Source: Marsupella aquatica
Lineage: Eukaryota > Plantae > Marchantiophyta
Assembly: GCA_973895155.1 (NCBI GenBank)
Contig: OZ316897.1
Coordinates: forward strand, 13,329,375-13,393,374
Length of the DNA: 64,000 nt
Reading direction: 5' to 3'
Positions 51,507-64,000 of the stretch are shown here, piece after piece. The notes beneath the pieces were generated by a model. It did not search any database. It was given only the letters and a program-made list of their open reading frames with translations, and was not told where the DNA came from. Numbering within the stretch: position 1 is the stretch's first letter; the number at the start of each line of letters is the position of its first letter. The translations under genes were made by a program, and so were the position numbers.

Positions 51507-54330
51507 CATTCACCACGAGAAGCAATATTGAGGCATATTAATGCCTGCGATCGTACTAATCAGGGCAGTGTTTGCCTCCGGGCAGTTTAGGGGCATTTCG
51601 GGTAGTTTCGGGGTGACATGTCGCCTGCCCAAAATTGTGTAGGGCACAACTGGCCTTAAAAAAATGGGGGACACCCATACCTTCCTTGGCTCTGTCCCTT
51701 CCTCTCTCCCTGTCGGCCATCGCCCATCACAACGGGCCCTCCGACCCTAACCCATGTGCGTCGCGACTCCCCCATCCCCATTGCCTCAAATTGTTGCTTG
51801 CCACTGTATTGTAATGACTCAAAAAATGTACACTTGTCTGTTTAGGGAAATTGCCTCCCTCGAAGGATATGGCAAAGACACCTTTCTTTCATTCAAGTTG
51901 TGGCAACCTTGCAAAGGCCAATGTCGGAAATCAGCAGAACGTTCGTTTGCATGGGAATAATGACTTTACCATTTCTTGAGGTAAACGCCCCTTCTTTTGA
52001 CTTCAACTTTTGTGGAACATTGTTGCCCAGGACATTCTTCAAGTGGCGCTTGTCTTCGGGGCCAAAGCAGCAGTTGTACCAAATGATAGTCTTCTCAAGC
52101 AGCGCGGATCCATTAAACCACTATCATTGTATAAATACTCCAGGTGACCCGGAGTAGTCACTCCCAAAACGTGAATGTGGTGTCCGTGGATGAGCGCCCT
52201 TCCGCAGCCCTCCGATCGGGAGCCCAATCATTTTTGTCCATTCATCAAATGAGCCAATCTATGGCTCAAAATGCAGGTCTCTTCGAGATCTACGTCTCAG
52301 GAAAAACCAGATTATCAAAGAGTGAAAAATGAGTGGAAAAATGAAAAAAAAACTATCCAAGCAATGTGACTGGTGGAGGCCAAATAATTTGAATTTTGAA
52401 TTTTTGGGCAGGTCGGGCAGGGACAGGTGGCCTAGAGTACCATCGGGCAACCGGGTAAGAAACCTGTGCGGGCATCCGCCCATAGCAGGTCAAACAAGAG
52501 CCTGGCCTAGGCCGGTTAGGATTGTTGTCTTTTGGATTATTTTATGTATAGTTGATAGTGAATATCCTTTGGAGAGTCCTCATGGTTCACTGGTTAGTGC
52601 TTCTGCCTCCCAAGCAGCAGGTTCGAGGTTACGTTCCTGCTCACACACTGTGGAATATGTGTATGTTTTGCATCTGTGATTGCTCTCCCTGTTGGGGGTG
52701 CCAAAGCAGAGAGAAGAGCCGCCACCTCAAGGTTACGTCTTCCTAGGGTTTCAGGTGTACTAGCAAGGAGTGGGGAGGAGGGGCATGAGGGCAAAGGGGC
52801 AATGTGGCTACACAATGCCTCATTTCCAAAGTGTACTTCCCAAGGTACTTTTTCTTTTCTCTTCTCTTTCCCTTTGTATTTGCCCATTCATTTATTTTTG
52901 TCAATTTATTTTTTGTTCTACCGGGTTTGGCTTGGCATCCAATCTATGTTGTAGAGGTTAGGGGTATTTTCTTAGAGGTTTGGGTTTAGGGTAGGGTTCT
53001 ATGAGCACGTCGCCCAAGGGGAGGGGGTCCACCTAGACAGCGTTATCCAAGTGATGATATAGATTACAAGAAGAGACGGAGACCGAATGCCAAGCCAAAA
53101 ATCCGGGTCCCACTTGAACGGTGGGATGAGTGGGAGGACCTCTGAGGCTTGCTGGGACCAGACACAACACACTCTACCGTTGTGACATGGTTGCTCGATC
53201 GAGTGCGACCTGCGGTTCAAGAGCTTCGGGCATGGTGAGTAGCGAAGGCAGCTCAAATTTTCCCTCATGTTTTCTCCCCAGATGAAATCATTCAAGCCAT
53301 CTTTAGGAATCCAGGCATAAGCGGCTCTAGTCCCAAACCATTGTAACACGCTTGCATCAAATTTGCTAGCGGGAGGGTACTGAATTCGGTCACATTTAGA
53401 TCTGTTGTGGAAGCACTTCTTAAGGTCAGGCATCGGGCAATAGAACCATCTCATGAGTATTTGTTGACATTGTCATGCTTCTCATTGTCTTGCTTCACAT
53501 TGTCCTGCTCCACATCCTCTTCCACTTGAATGTCACGGAACTTACCTTGTAAGCTATCCAGCCCACTAATTTAGGTGTCATCTTTCACTACTTGTGATTC
53601 CTCTATAATGCACTCGCAGTCAAGAAAAGATCCCACCTGCAATCCAATGTTCAATGCCTGCATTCTGTCTTGCAAATGTCCTATGAAGGTCAGACGTGAA
53701 TCACTCGCTACTCCATTCCGGAATGCGGCAGCTGGATTAAATCCATTGTTGCATGCATTTGAGATTCAACTCCGTTCAATGAAATTTGCACAATACCGTA
53801 AGCCTTCTTCCTTAATTGCACCTGAATTCCACCGGCAGAACTGGTCATGCAAAGCAAAACATTCTCAATATGCAAGTGACAAAGACTAAATGTGTGGCCT
53901 TCTTTCGACGGATTGTCCGTCGCGCCTTTGCCACCAATTTGGAAAGCGTGCTTCTGGATTAAAAAATGGTTGTCTACACCTATATTATAGGCTGTAGAGG
54001 CTACACTAATTTTGAGTCATGAGGAATACAGTGATGGGCAACAATTTGAGGCAACGACGACGGGCGAGTCGTGACAGGCATGGGTTAGGGTTGGAGGGTC
54101 CATTGCAATGGGTGATGGTTGACAGGGAGAGGGGAAGGGACAGGGCTGTGTGGGTGTCCCCCATTTTTTTAAGGCCAGTCGTGCCCTGCACAATTTTGGG
54201 CAATTTTGGGCAGGCAATGTGTCACCCGTAAACTGCCTGAAATGCCCTAAACTACCCGGAGGCCAACGTTGCCCTGATTAGTATGATCACAAGCATTAAT
54301 ATGCCTCTATCTTGCTTCTTGTGGTGAATG
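51507..54330. mobile_element. Non-autonomous element with ~320-bp terminal inverted repeats (Mutator/foldback-like)
   Basis: 51507-51826 (cattcaccacgagaagc...gcccaaaattgtgtagggcacaactggccttaaaaaaatgggggacaccca...atgactcaaaa) is the reverse complement, with substitutions, of 54010-54330. No clean TSD and no intact transposase are visible. Confidence 0.8.
52575..52645 (+). pseudogene. tRNA-Gly(CCC)-like pseudogene or SINE head
   Basis: A-box-like TGGTTCACTGG, anticodon arm CTGC-CTCCCAA-GCAG and degenerate B-box GGTTACGTTCC. The acceptor stem is broken. Confidence 0.5.
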
Positions 54331-55659
54331 CCCTTCCCAGCAAGAGTCTTGGTTTTACTGGTTTAATTTTTCTAAGGGTTATCAAAGCCAGGGCTTCCAT
54401 GTAGTCCACGTTGGGTGATGTTTGTGCTCAAAAGGAACCAAATGCACCTAACAGGGTTCTACCCCATGACTTGGGCCTGTCCATAGAAGTCACCTCACAA
54501 TGAGCTATGTCCATTAGATGACCACCTGCTAATGATACTTGATGTAATAATCAGACTTGGACTCCCAAGTCTAGGAGTGAGCCTGACAGCCTCATAAGGC
54601 ATTTCCAAGGACTTGTCTCCATGAATCTCCAACCCATCTGTTAACATAATTATTAGAAACTTGAAAGTTGCCTTGAAATAACAAATAGTAACTTTGCCCA
54701 ATGTTCTTGGAAATTAAAGGATTAATCTCTTTGAGTGTGACAATCATGATCTTGCCAAAGATCTTTGGAGACTAAATAATTAAGAGCATTCCCACCCGAC
54801 GTTCATGCACATCTTGCGGCATCGGATATATCAAAATTTTCTGGCAGCCGGGGCCTCAAGGGAGAGAGCTGGGCCTGTTGGGCTCCATATTACACATACC
54901 CTACACACTATCCACTGAGTCCTTTTGCCAGCATAGGACCACAAAAGGTCCAACATCATCATGGCCGATCTCATCCCATTGCAGGCACAATCCCCAAATC
55001 AGAAACCGTTCAGTCATGATGGCTACCAATTGCCGACCACTTTGTTTGGCTGCATCTGGAGCCCACTACTGCCCAGCTCTGAGAGAAAAGTTGGCAAGGC
55101 CAACACTTACTTTGTCCATAGCATGGCACAATGGACTGAGAGCATCTCCAGCGGTCTAGGAGTCAATGACCTCTAAACCCAAAATGTAGCCCATTTTGGA
55201 GGCCAAGAAATTAGAAAGCCCCCATATTGAATTCAGTCAGTAGCCGTCCCAACTTCTTTGGCCTCTATCCTATCCATAGTGATGTGTTGTCCTACCCAGT
55301 TTCAAAATCTCAAGTATATCCAGAATCTAGTGACATTCAAAATATGGAGGTGAGGATTGTGAAAATTAAAGCCGAATGCCATTTTATTTAGGAGTGGGGG
55401 CCATTGCTGGGAAGCTAGTTCTCCAAAATCAGCCTCTATATGCCTTTTAGTGATTACATGCTTATTTGGCCTTACTGCTAGAGATACTCTAATAACAACA
55501 CCATTTTGCATAGCCCACCCTTATTTATGAGAGCAGCCAACCCTCCAAAATCCGCCCCTATAGGTTACATGCTCATTTGACTTCTAACCTCCTCTATATA
55601 TATATATATATATATCACATTGCCAAATAGACAAAAATGCCAAACTGGGAGACATTGTC

Positions 55660-55769
55660 AAGCTACCCAATAAAGGGGGCCCGGGGGGGTGGGGGGGGGT
55701 GGGGGAGGAAGGGAAAAGGCCTCAAGAAGCCCAAGGAGGTTGAACAAGCTAGCCAAGGAGCGCCCCCCC

Positions 55770-55800
<31 letters not shown>

Positions 55801-56990
55801 CAACAAATGAACAAAGACAAGGCCAAAAACCAATAACCCAAGAAGTGGCCCAGAAGACTTTTTTTTCTTTTTCTAAAAAATCAATAAAACGACCGGAGAA
55901 GGGCCGGAACCCACACACACCACCAGGGGGACAAAAGCCACCCCCAGCGGCAACCCGGTAAACCGGGAGGAAAAAAAGAAAAAAAAACCCTAATCAGGCC
56001 AAAAGGACCTGTGAAGCCACCAGGTGGTAGCCAACACCCAGCCCCTTTGGGCAGAACCCATCCCCTTCCTACACCACGCAAGTTGGTCGGGAAAGTCATG
56101 CGGATGTTTGTGCTCCATCCCGAGCTGGCGTAGGTCAAACGTAGCGGGCAAACCAGAGTACATGTGGTTGCTATTCTTCATCCAAATATTGACCCAAGGA
56201 GTTGAATCAATCCAGTGTAACAGGGACAAACCTTCATCGTTCACTGTCATCAATAGAGAGGTCTAAGGCAACTGGACTCTCAGTCTGCTCCCATGGCTTC
56301 AGCACAAGCTGAATCTGGTCCAAGGCTTTCCTAACTTGCTTGCTTTTCCTAGGAGTGGTGCATCCCCCGTACAAGGCCCTGAGGTGAATTTCAGACTGTC
56401 GCAGGGTCACCCATCCGGGGAGACGCCCAAGGAATTGTGAGTATGTTGCTGCGTTTCGTTCTTTCCATATACTATTGCATAGTTCCATCAGAATGATAAG
56501 TGGCCCAGGTTTCCGTTTGTGTGTCCTGACCGCATAAGAAATTGCGGTAAACAAATTGTGGTTAGGAAACTTAAGAGTTGGAGCCTCCTGCAGGGCATTG
56601 TACACCTCTTGCCACCGCTCGATCACCATTCTGCAGCTGAAAAAAAGGTGTTCCGTGTGCTCAAAACAGAGCTTGCATCTCACACATATCCCATCACTCA
56701 CCTTCCAGTGGCTTCCCCTACCGTTGGTGAAAAAACCATGGTTAAGCAACCTCCAAATCAGAAATCTCACTTTCGGAAATGTCCATCCCCCCCACAGGCT
56801 CTTCCATAGTTGATTCCATTGTGCCCTGGTCTTCAGCTGTCCCCATCTCCTGTTAATCTTGGTCACGTCAAGGTTAGACTTTGGGGAACATTGGGTCCAG
56901 ACCTTATTTGGAAATCTCCATCCACGATTCTTCCCTTTCCAAGTCCACTGCCAGCTTTCGCATTGGTGCAGAGAGTGGCCCAGAAGACTA
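55660..56990 (-). mobile_element. 5'-truncated L1-type LINE (ORF2 C-terminal zf-RVT domain plus 3' UTR)
   Basis: WKSLWGGWTFPKVRFLIWRLLNHGFFTN..GICVRCKLCFEHTEHLFFSC..ELCNSIWKERN is the zf-RVT/CCHC tail of plant LINE ORF2. It is followed by a low-complexity G/T-rich 3' region, and no RT core is present. Confidence 0.85.
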
Positions 56991-57370
56991 AGTGTGCCGA
57001 GAATTGAAAAGTGTGATAGAGCTTCGAAGTAGACCGCATAGGAGTATCTCAGAGAGGAATCTGACAAGAAGCCTAAAACCAATTGCCTTGGCCTTACTAA
57101 GAAAAGTGAAAGCCTGGACCCTCTCAATTGCAACAAAGAGCCTTTGCCTCTATTGAAAAAGAATTGCAACAAAGAGCCTTTGCCCCAATTGAAAAAAGGT
57201 CGTGGAGACAGATAAAACGAGAAAGGCTTACGTTCAATACAAAAAGCTACACAAACTCGAAATGAGAGAAGATGGAGTCCCTTAGCTTTGGACGAGAGAA
57301 GACGCACTGCCCAAAATATATTTGGAGTGACCGAAGTGGAATCGGTTTACCCGATGGCCTGTCGTGGGAT

Positions 57371-57383
57371 TTTGGCGGGTAAA
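57371..57383. promoter_or_regulatory. E2F-like site upstream of RFC4
   Basis: TTTGGCGG (in TTTTGGCGGGTAAA) matches the WTTSSCSS consensus ~600 bp upstream of the RFC4 ATG. Replication genes are canonical E2F targets. Confidence 0.45.
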
Positions 57384-57974
57384 TTGCGATCACTTGGCTC
57401 TGCTCTCCCGCTTCAAATCAAAAATGCAACTCCAAAGCTCAAATCCGGCAGAGGGGAATTGAGGAACACCGTCTCGTCCTCCCCTCGAGCTCACACACAT
57501 CAAAGCGATTTGCGACGAGTCTCGCAGCCAATGGAGTTTCCAAAACTATGTAGCTGACGAGGAGGACAGAGCGGCGAGGAGACCAAGAAATGCACAGCAC
57601 AGAAAGTGTGGTAGAACCTACAGACTAATGACGGAGTGGAACTGAAACGCTCGACATAGCTACAATAGCTTGAGAAATCGGAGGATTGTTCGTGATGGTG
57701 GTGTCAAGGCCCGTCGGCGATTACCAATCTCTCAAAGGAGAGCAGATTAAACCTGAATTAGGGTTCCGACCAACGCAGGACGAAGCTCGGAATTTCGTTG
57801 TGGTCCCAGACCATAAGGTCGACGAATTGAAGGTCGAGGATAAACAAGGACTGTCTATACCAGTCTTCGGCTCAAGGGAATAGTGACGACCATTGGAGAG
57901 TCGAGAAATTCGCCTGGAGCTTTTGCTGGATTGATAGGATAGAGCGGCCAGAGAGACGAGAAGAATCGAGAATC

Positions 57975-58994
57975 ATGGCTCCAATGACGCCTAGCTCGCA
58001 GCAATGGGTGGAGAAGTACAGACCGAAGCAGGTCAAGGACGTCGCCTACCAAGACGAGGTGATCCGGACCCTAAACAACACTCTCGAGACGGGAAATCTC
58101 CCCCACCTCTTGTTCTATGGCCCGCCGGGAACGGGAAAGACCTCCACCGCGCTCGCGATCGCGCACCAGCTGTTTGGGCCGGTGCTCTACAAGTCCCGCG
58201 TGCTGGAGCTCAACGCCAGTGATGACCGTGGCATCAACGTCGTCCGCACGAAAATCAAAGACTTCGCGGCGCTGGCCGTCGGCACCGGCGTGAGCGATTA
58301 TCCCTCTCCTCCCTTCAAGATCATCATTCTGGACGAGGCCGACTCCATGACCGACGACGCGCAGAACGCGCTGCGGCGCACTATGGAGACCTACAGCAAG
58401 GTGACGAGGTTCTGCTTCATTTGCAACTACGTGAGCCGCATCATCGAGCCACTCGCGTCCCGCTGCGCCAAGTTTCGGTTCAAGCCTCTGATTGAAGACA
58501 TCATGACTCGCCGGATCAATTTCGTCTGCCAGGAGGAGGGGATCCAGCTCGATGCGGATGCTCTGTCCACCCTTAGCCGTGTCTCGGGAGGGGATCTCCG
58601 CCGGGCCATCACTTGCTTGCAATGCGCGACCCGCTTGTATGGCTCGACGGTCACGGAGGGCAATATCATCAGCGTGTCTGGTGTTGTGCCCGATGAGCTG
58701 ATGACCGGCCTACTCTCCGCTTGCCGGAGCGGCCAATTCGATCGAGCCCAGGCTGTGGTGACCAATGTTATTGCGGAGGGGCACCCTGTGTCGCAGATTT
58801 TGAGCCAGTTGTTCGATTTGGTTATTAAAGCGCCAGAAATCACCGATGAGCAGAAGGCCCGCATTTTTGAACGAATCGCTGAGGCCGATAAGTGTCTTAT
58901 CGATGGAGCTGATGAGTATTTGCAGCTGCTGGACGTGACTAGCAATACCATGCGAGCGCTCTGCAATATGACTCAGGACTGTACATATTTATAG
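57975..58994 (+). CDS. RFC4: Replication factor C small subunit (RFC4; yeast Rfc2 orthologue), intronless, 339 aa
   Basis: Motifs WVEKYRP, LPHLLFYGPPGTGKTS, LELNASDDRGINVVR, FKIIILDEADSMT, SRIIEPLASRCAKFRF, GDLRRAIT and DKCLIDGADEYLQLLD all lie in a single uninterrupted ORF. Confidence 0.97.
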   Translation: MAPMTPSSQQWVEKYRPKQVKDVAYQDEVIRTLNNTLETGNLPHLLFYGPPGTGKTSTALAIAHQLFGPVLYKSRVLELNASDDRGINVVRTKIKDFAALAVGTGVSDYPSPPFKIIILDEADSMTDDAQNALRRTMETYSKVTRFCFICNYVSRIIEPLASRCAKFRFKPLIEDIMTRRINFVCQEEGIQLDADALSTLSRVSGGDLRRAITCLQCATRLYGSTVTEGNIISVSGVVPDELMTGLLSACRSGQFDRAQAVVTNVIAEGHPVSQILSQLFDLVIKAPEITDEQKARIFERIAEADKCLIDGADEYLQLLDVTSNTMRALCNMTQDCTYL

Positions 58995-61900
58995 CAGAAT
59001 GCGGCCCATTTTTATGGGACAGTCTGTTTTCTTTGTGGGGCTATCTTTCTGAACTGGTCTGAAGAGGTCTTGGTTCTAAAGACTATGTAGTAATCTTGAA
59101 CGACAATTGTGGAAGGCACGCCTCAAGACAGTCAGTCGAGCCATTAGGTTCACATGATTTCCAAAATCCTGTGAGGAAGGATTGTGTCCTCCATGGTTCA
59201 TGCCATTGTTGCCCTGTCAAATTCAGTCTGTTCGGTATCTGTGAAATAGTTGTGAGGAATCGCAACTCTTCAGAAGGATACCTTGTACTTTTGGATACAG
59301 TGAAATAGTCCTGAACCCTAAACCTTTTGGGTTCTTTCGAATTAGGTCGAAAGTAAAAAAGTTTTGGAAGAGGGTTCTTATAATATCCGAATCAAGGGAG
59401 GTTCGGTTCGGAAACATTCTTTCCTTGGCGGTCCCGTAAGTTGTCGGGCTCCTAACTACGTTAATCTGTTCGTTACTGTGCTGACAGTCTTCAAGAACCG
59501 TAAATTCAGGAAGATACATCGAATTATTTAGGATGCAAGTATTCTCTTGAAAAGAAAACCCAATGCTGCTTCGAATGTGCAGGATAGTCTCCATTGTTTA
59601 ATATGAAGGCCAAGGAAACAATTTTGCTAGCGCCTCCAGTTTGTCTCAGGATGATAGATTTACCTTCTACTGTAGGTCTGAGGGTTATATTCCGCATTCG
59701 TTCATTGGTAACGCTTCATGCATTTCAACCTTCTTACGTGTCAAAGAGGCCAGACAGTACTAGAGATACGTGTGTGCTCTATCCCTGCATGTCCTACGAT
59801 AAGACATTGGGTCACAACCTAGGTCCAACTCCGAATATCTTGGATTGATAAAGTCAAATGCTTGAAATCTGTCAATTATTACGGATGGAGGGGCCAAAGT
59901 GAGCCTCATTATTCTGTAGGGTGCTGAAACGTATCTTACTGTTGCCATCACCGTAGTTTGATCCATCATCGTTTGCATACTCTCGTCTTGTGTAATACTG
60001 TTCCTGCATCCTGGAGTGAGGGTTGTCCAAGTGCTGGAGAAGGGTCTTCGTTCAGCTGGTAGACATCCTGTGGCCGAATGAAATTGTCGGTAGTAAACAA
60101 ACTGGAACCCTTGTGATGGGACATTTCGAATTGGCAATATAGAGGCAGCTACCAGAAAATACCTCTTTGTCTCCCGAGTTCTATGTGAGAAAAGCGACGC
60201 CATCACAGAACCTGAATGTCTTCCTGTCAGTTCTACTTTGCTTTTGAAAAGTGTAGAGGGAATAAGAAGTGTAATTCTATGAACTTCTACGGTAATTAGT
60301 CAAATGAGCGGATTCACAGCGCATCATCCACAACTAGATTGTTTACTCCTCATGTTTGAGCTGTCTCATAACTGATGTAAGATTTTCCACGTAATTGAGT
60401 CTTGCTGTCCCAATCTCCAGCAATGAAAGACAGCACGCTTGGTCCTTCGTAAGATTGTCTCAATTGAAACTCAATTGAAACTCCATCCTTCCAGTGACCC
60501 TGGGAACAGTTCTTGGATCCGCTTCAGACAGGGAAACATGTTTAAGACACCATATTACAGTGCCGGACCCAAAGCAAAGAATTGGTGGTCGTTATCCCAT
60601 TTCGATACATATCATCAATGTAATGAATGCTTCTCATTTGCAAATGTCCTTGCGACATCCATCCCCCGCAAGTGAGCCCCTTGCTCGTGATAACTTCAAT
60701 CCTCGAGGCAGATTTTGACCTGACTGAGCTGAGAAATCGATCATTATTTACTAGATCAAGTAGTAACCGGATTACAGGGGAGTTTCTCTTATGAAAGTTT
60801 TGGCCAGTCAGGGACAGCATCTCGGCGGACCTTCATTTAAGGATTGACACTGGTGAACGTGTTCTCGAGAGCAAAATGCCCTACAAGCTGAAACAAGGTC
60901 ACCATAATTATCCATAGTGGGAATACGACGTCGAAGATTTAAACACAGGAATTTCATGATTTCGAATCTGGGTACAGTACATCAGGTGCTAATTCTTTCG
61001 CTAGATTAGATTTGATTATTGCACTCCATTCGAAGATTCCGCTGTGAAGTTATACAACGCGGGAAACAGTGAAATAGCATCCTTGTACCTTGTACACACT
61101 AACCAAAAAGAAATTTCAATGCGTTGCGCAATGAATCACGTGCCCATCTATTGGTGAGAAGGAATCTTCTTCAGACTTGAGGTGTTCTGACGAATAGTAA
61201 TCCAGTCAAATCTCTACGATCTTCAAAGTAGGTAGGCATTCTAAAGTGTGACGCAGCAACATATAATTCTTCAGAAAGCATTGACTCGTAAAGTTCCGAC
61301 TGTAGACAAAACTGCACAAAGGTGGAATTGCTGAAAAATGCGCGCTGACTTTCAATATTTAAATTAATGTAAGCTGGAAACGGTCCAGGAGTAGGTGAAA
61401 CTATTCGGACCGTGGATATCTCTCTCGATTGACGACCTGAGTGCAAAATGACATAATTATGTTCTTAGACTTAGCAAATTATTTGGATCTAGGCTCTTCT
61501 CTGGTTAAACAAATGAACTGAATGTTTTTAACTTCGTACCTATCGAAGTGGGTCCAGTGCTATGATAATATATGTCTGTCGGGACAAAAGTGGAAATTGA
61601 AGATGATCTCGGAACGAAAAAGGGCCATTTACAAAGAAATTGGAAAACAAAGTTGAAGTTTATACAACACTGCGAAAGAGCAAATAATGCCAAACAGGGA
61701 GACAGGATCCCAGAGGCACGAGATCCACAAAAGGGGAGAAAACATGGAAAAAGTTCAGTAAGAACAAAAAAACTAAAGTGTAAAAAAGCCCAGAGCCGAA
61801 AAGCCCGAGGAAAAAGTCATAATTGATTCAAAATTCTAACCGTCAAAGGGAATAAAGGATAAATTTTAACTATAGAGAAAGAAAGACTTGGTGGGGCCTT

Positions 61901-62919
61901 GCCCCTTGGGAACAAATAGTTTTAGTAGGTGAGGCCCCTTCTGCCAAGTTCTTGGCCAATACAAATTCTCAAACGCATACAATACAAGAAGCATTGTGTC
62001 TCATTGAACATTGCCAAAGACCTAACTTCATAGAATCTCACCTGAACCGAAAACGACAATGGGTGTCTAGAGTCCCAACCAGAAGTTAGCTTCCAAAGTT
62101 CTCTCCCAAGTGCCTCAACTTTATCTCTTGAGTTCGCTCACAAAGTACTCTCCACAGTTCCTTGACCTTGGCTCCCAAGTTTGCCCTCTCCTGGTCTCCA
62201 GAGTATTGGCGTGACCATAGCACTACAACCCAAATGCAGGCCAACTAGAACCCAAAGGCAGTATGAGGTATCGTGTGATGCGAGTAGACAGTAATGTTTG
62301 CTAGCAAGGAGGGTATTGCTATTGAGTCACAGGAGTGGTTATTAATGTGGTTATTAATGATTTTTTAATTTATGCTGACTTTCCTATTTCTAGTGCATTT
62401 CTAAGACTCCAGTTTTCTCAGTAGCCAACATTGGGTTTAACTCAAAAATGATGCAAAAGCTAACCTATTTCAATCCAGGTTTTGGCTAGTTAGGGACTAA
62501 GTTTGCTAGCAAAGTGATATATATAAGAAAAAATAAATGGTGTTGTCAGGAATTTTTCCTTGTAACAGGAATTATTTTTTTATTTGCTTGCACACTGAAA
62601 CTACGCATGCAGCAGCGCTATGACCAGCAGGACGTGGACTAGAATAACCCTAAACATTAGCACACGAGGAATTGGCAGCACCAGGCTGACCACAATTACC
62701 CTAAACAACAGCGCACAAGGATTTGGAATCACCGTAGAGGGTCCTCAGTCCTCACTCCTCAACATGTGGACTTTTGACCCCAAGTCTCTTCGTGCAGCAA
62801 TAGTCACAAATTGTCCATCATGCAAATCATAGAGTAGAGTACATAGCTGTCATTACAGTTAGCGCCAGTGGTCAGGCATGCCTTGTGACTAGCAAGTTTC
62901 ATTCTCTGACCAGATCGTT

Positions 62920-63225
62920 TTGTTTCGCTTTAACTCTAGTGTGGCAGTAGCTTCTGCTTTTGCATGCAACATGGATTCTGCTCCAAATTGTCTTGGCCAT
63001 GTTTAGTATGTGCTATGTGCCACAGCCACTTGAAGTAGTTATAGTTTTGCTTCAGTTTGAACTCTAGTGTGGCATTCAATAGGTTGTGCTTTTGCATGCA
63101 ACCTGGTTATGCTCCAAATTGTCTAGTGTGGCATTCGATAGGTTGTGCATCCTGGTTATGCTCCAAATTGTCTTGGCCAAATTTAGTATGTGCTATGTGG
63201 CACAGGCCGTTGTGGTAGTTGTAGG
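62920..63225. repeat. Compound tandem duplication (~130-bp unit with an internal 45-bp re-duplication)
   Basis: Repeated segments are actctagtgtggca, tgctccaaattgtct and tttagtatgtgctatgtg. Confidence 0.75.
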
Positions 63226-64000
63226 AATCTATATGAAAAATGTAAAAATGTCAACTGAGGATTTTATTCCCTGCAAGCCAAATAGTGCGGTTTGTTCGAG
63301 GGCAGTTTCCCCTCTAAGGAAGTAAAGTAAATAAAGTCTTTATACTCCCTCGATGGTGACTTCTCCTCTGATAGAGGCTGAGAAACATATGACTGTTTTC
63401 TTGTGGTTATGAAATACACTTTTTAATTAATAAGTGCCCGCTTCCAAGGAACAAATCATATAAACAGAAAATATATGACTTTGTAGGCTGAAACTGCCAA
63501 CATGCCCAACGGAGTATAGCATTGCATCGGCCCGATCACAACGGGCTAAGGCATTTCACCTACGGACATCTAACTAGAAAGTTATGAGCATAGCAAGTTA
63601 GCTTTGTGTCTAGTCGATTCGGTTGCAGTCTAGGTAAAGGACCAAAACAATTGGGGACCACAGTTGGGTCGGGGTGGTAGATCACCAGAAGCATATATGA
63701 GGAGAGTGGTGTCTCCTAGGGGCCAAGGGTGAGCCCAGGCATGGAGCGTGGCAGTCGCACCACAAAGCGAAGACACCAAACGGAAATGGTGTGATCTCCT
63801 CAATAGAAAGTCCGTTGGAGGACTTCTTGGGTGTATTGGAAAGCTCTTGAGGAGGACTGCATCCTCTTGATCTCACCTGAGTCTTGGGGTGCCTTTGGTC
63901 CTCATAGTGTGCAAGGGCTATATCACCTACTTTCTAATCTTGCCAAAATAGCAGCCAAACCACGTTGACTTTCCACGGGAGCTTGCGTTGGGGAGGCAAC

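Noticed and set aside
56234-57307. 357-aa ORF as a chimeric host gene
   Set aside because: It starts at GTG. The first ~100 codons are non-coding-like and include a 35-bp tandem duplication at ~57127-57197. Only the LINE zf-RVT part is real.
58071-58966. Long antisense ORFs over RFC4 (also over NERD exon 1, SCI1 and MutS2)
   Set aside because: These are shadow ORFs caused by GC-rich or low-complexity coding on the other strand.
59100-61450. Possible pseudogene (several 90-150-aa minus-strand ORFs)
   Set aside because: I could not assign a family or build a spliced model. BLASTx would be needed.

Overview
Eukaryotic land-plant nuclear DNA. It looks bryophyte-like, plausibly a liverwort, inferred from the F-box and LINE styles and the long microsatellite-rich leaders. 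It is not prokaryotic, and there is no CRISPR array or rRNA. Nine protein-coding genes can be reconstructed by hand: RabE1/Rab8 GTPase (+, 8 exons), NERD-like PHD-SWIB-Plus3-GYF-CCCH protein (+, 10 exons, one U12 AT-AC intron), an intronless F-box gene (+), MutS2 (-, 4 exons), IES6/INO80C (-, 4 exons), an intronless CPBP/CAAX protease (-), an intronless SCI1-like gene (+), COX11 (-, 6 exons) and an intronless RFC4 (+). Intergenic DNA holds two non-autonomous TIR elements, a 5'-truncated LINE, tRNA-derived fragments, minisatellites and hairpins. The most striking structure is at 31-42 kb. The IES6 stop lies only 41 nt upstream of the first ATG of the MutS2 ORF on the same strand, which suggests a nuclear dicistronic transcript. 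A decayed duplicate of the IES6 5' end appears to be spliced on as the leader of the neighbouring CPBP gene, so an IES6 front end may drive two different, probably plastid-targeted, downstream ORFs. All gene models are manual reconstructions and lack transcript evidence.
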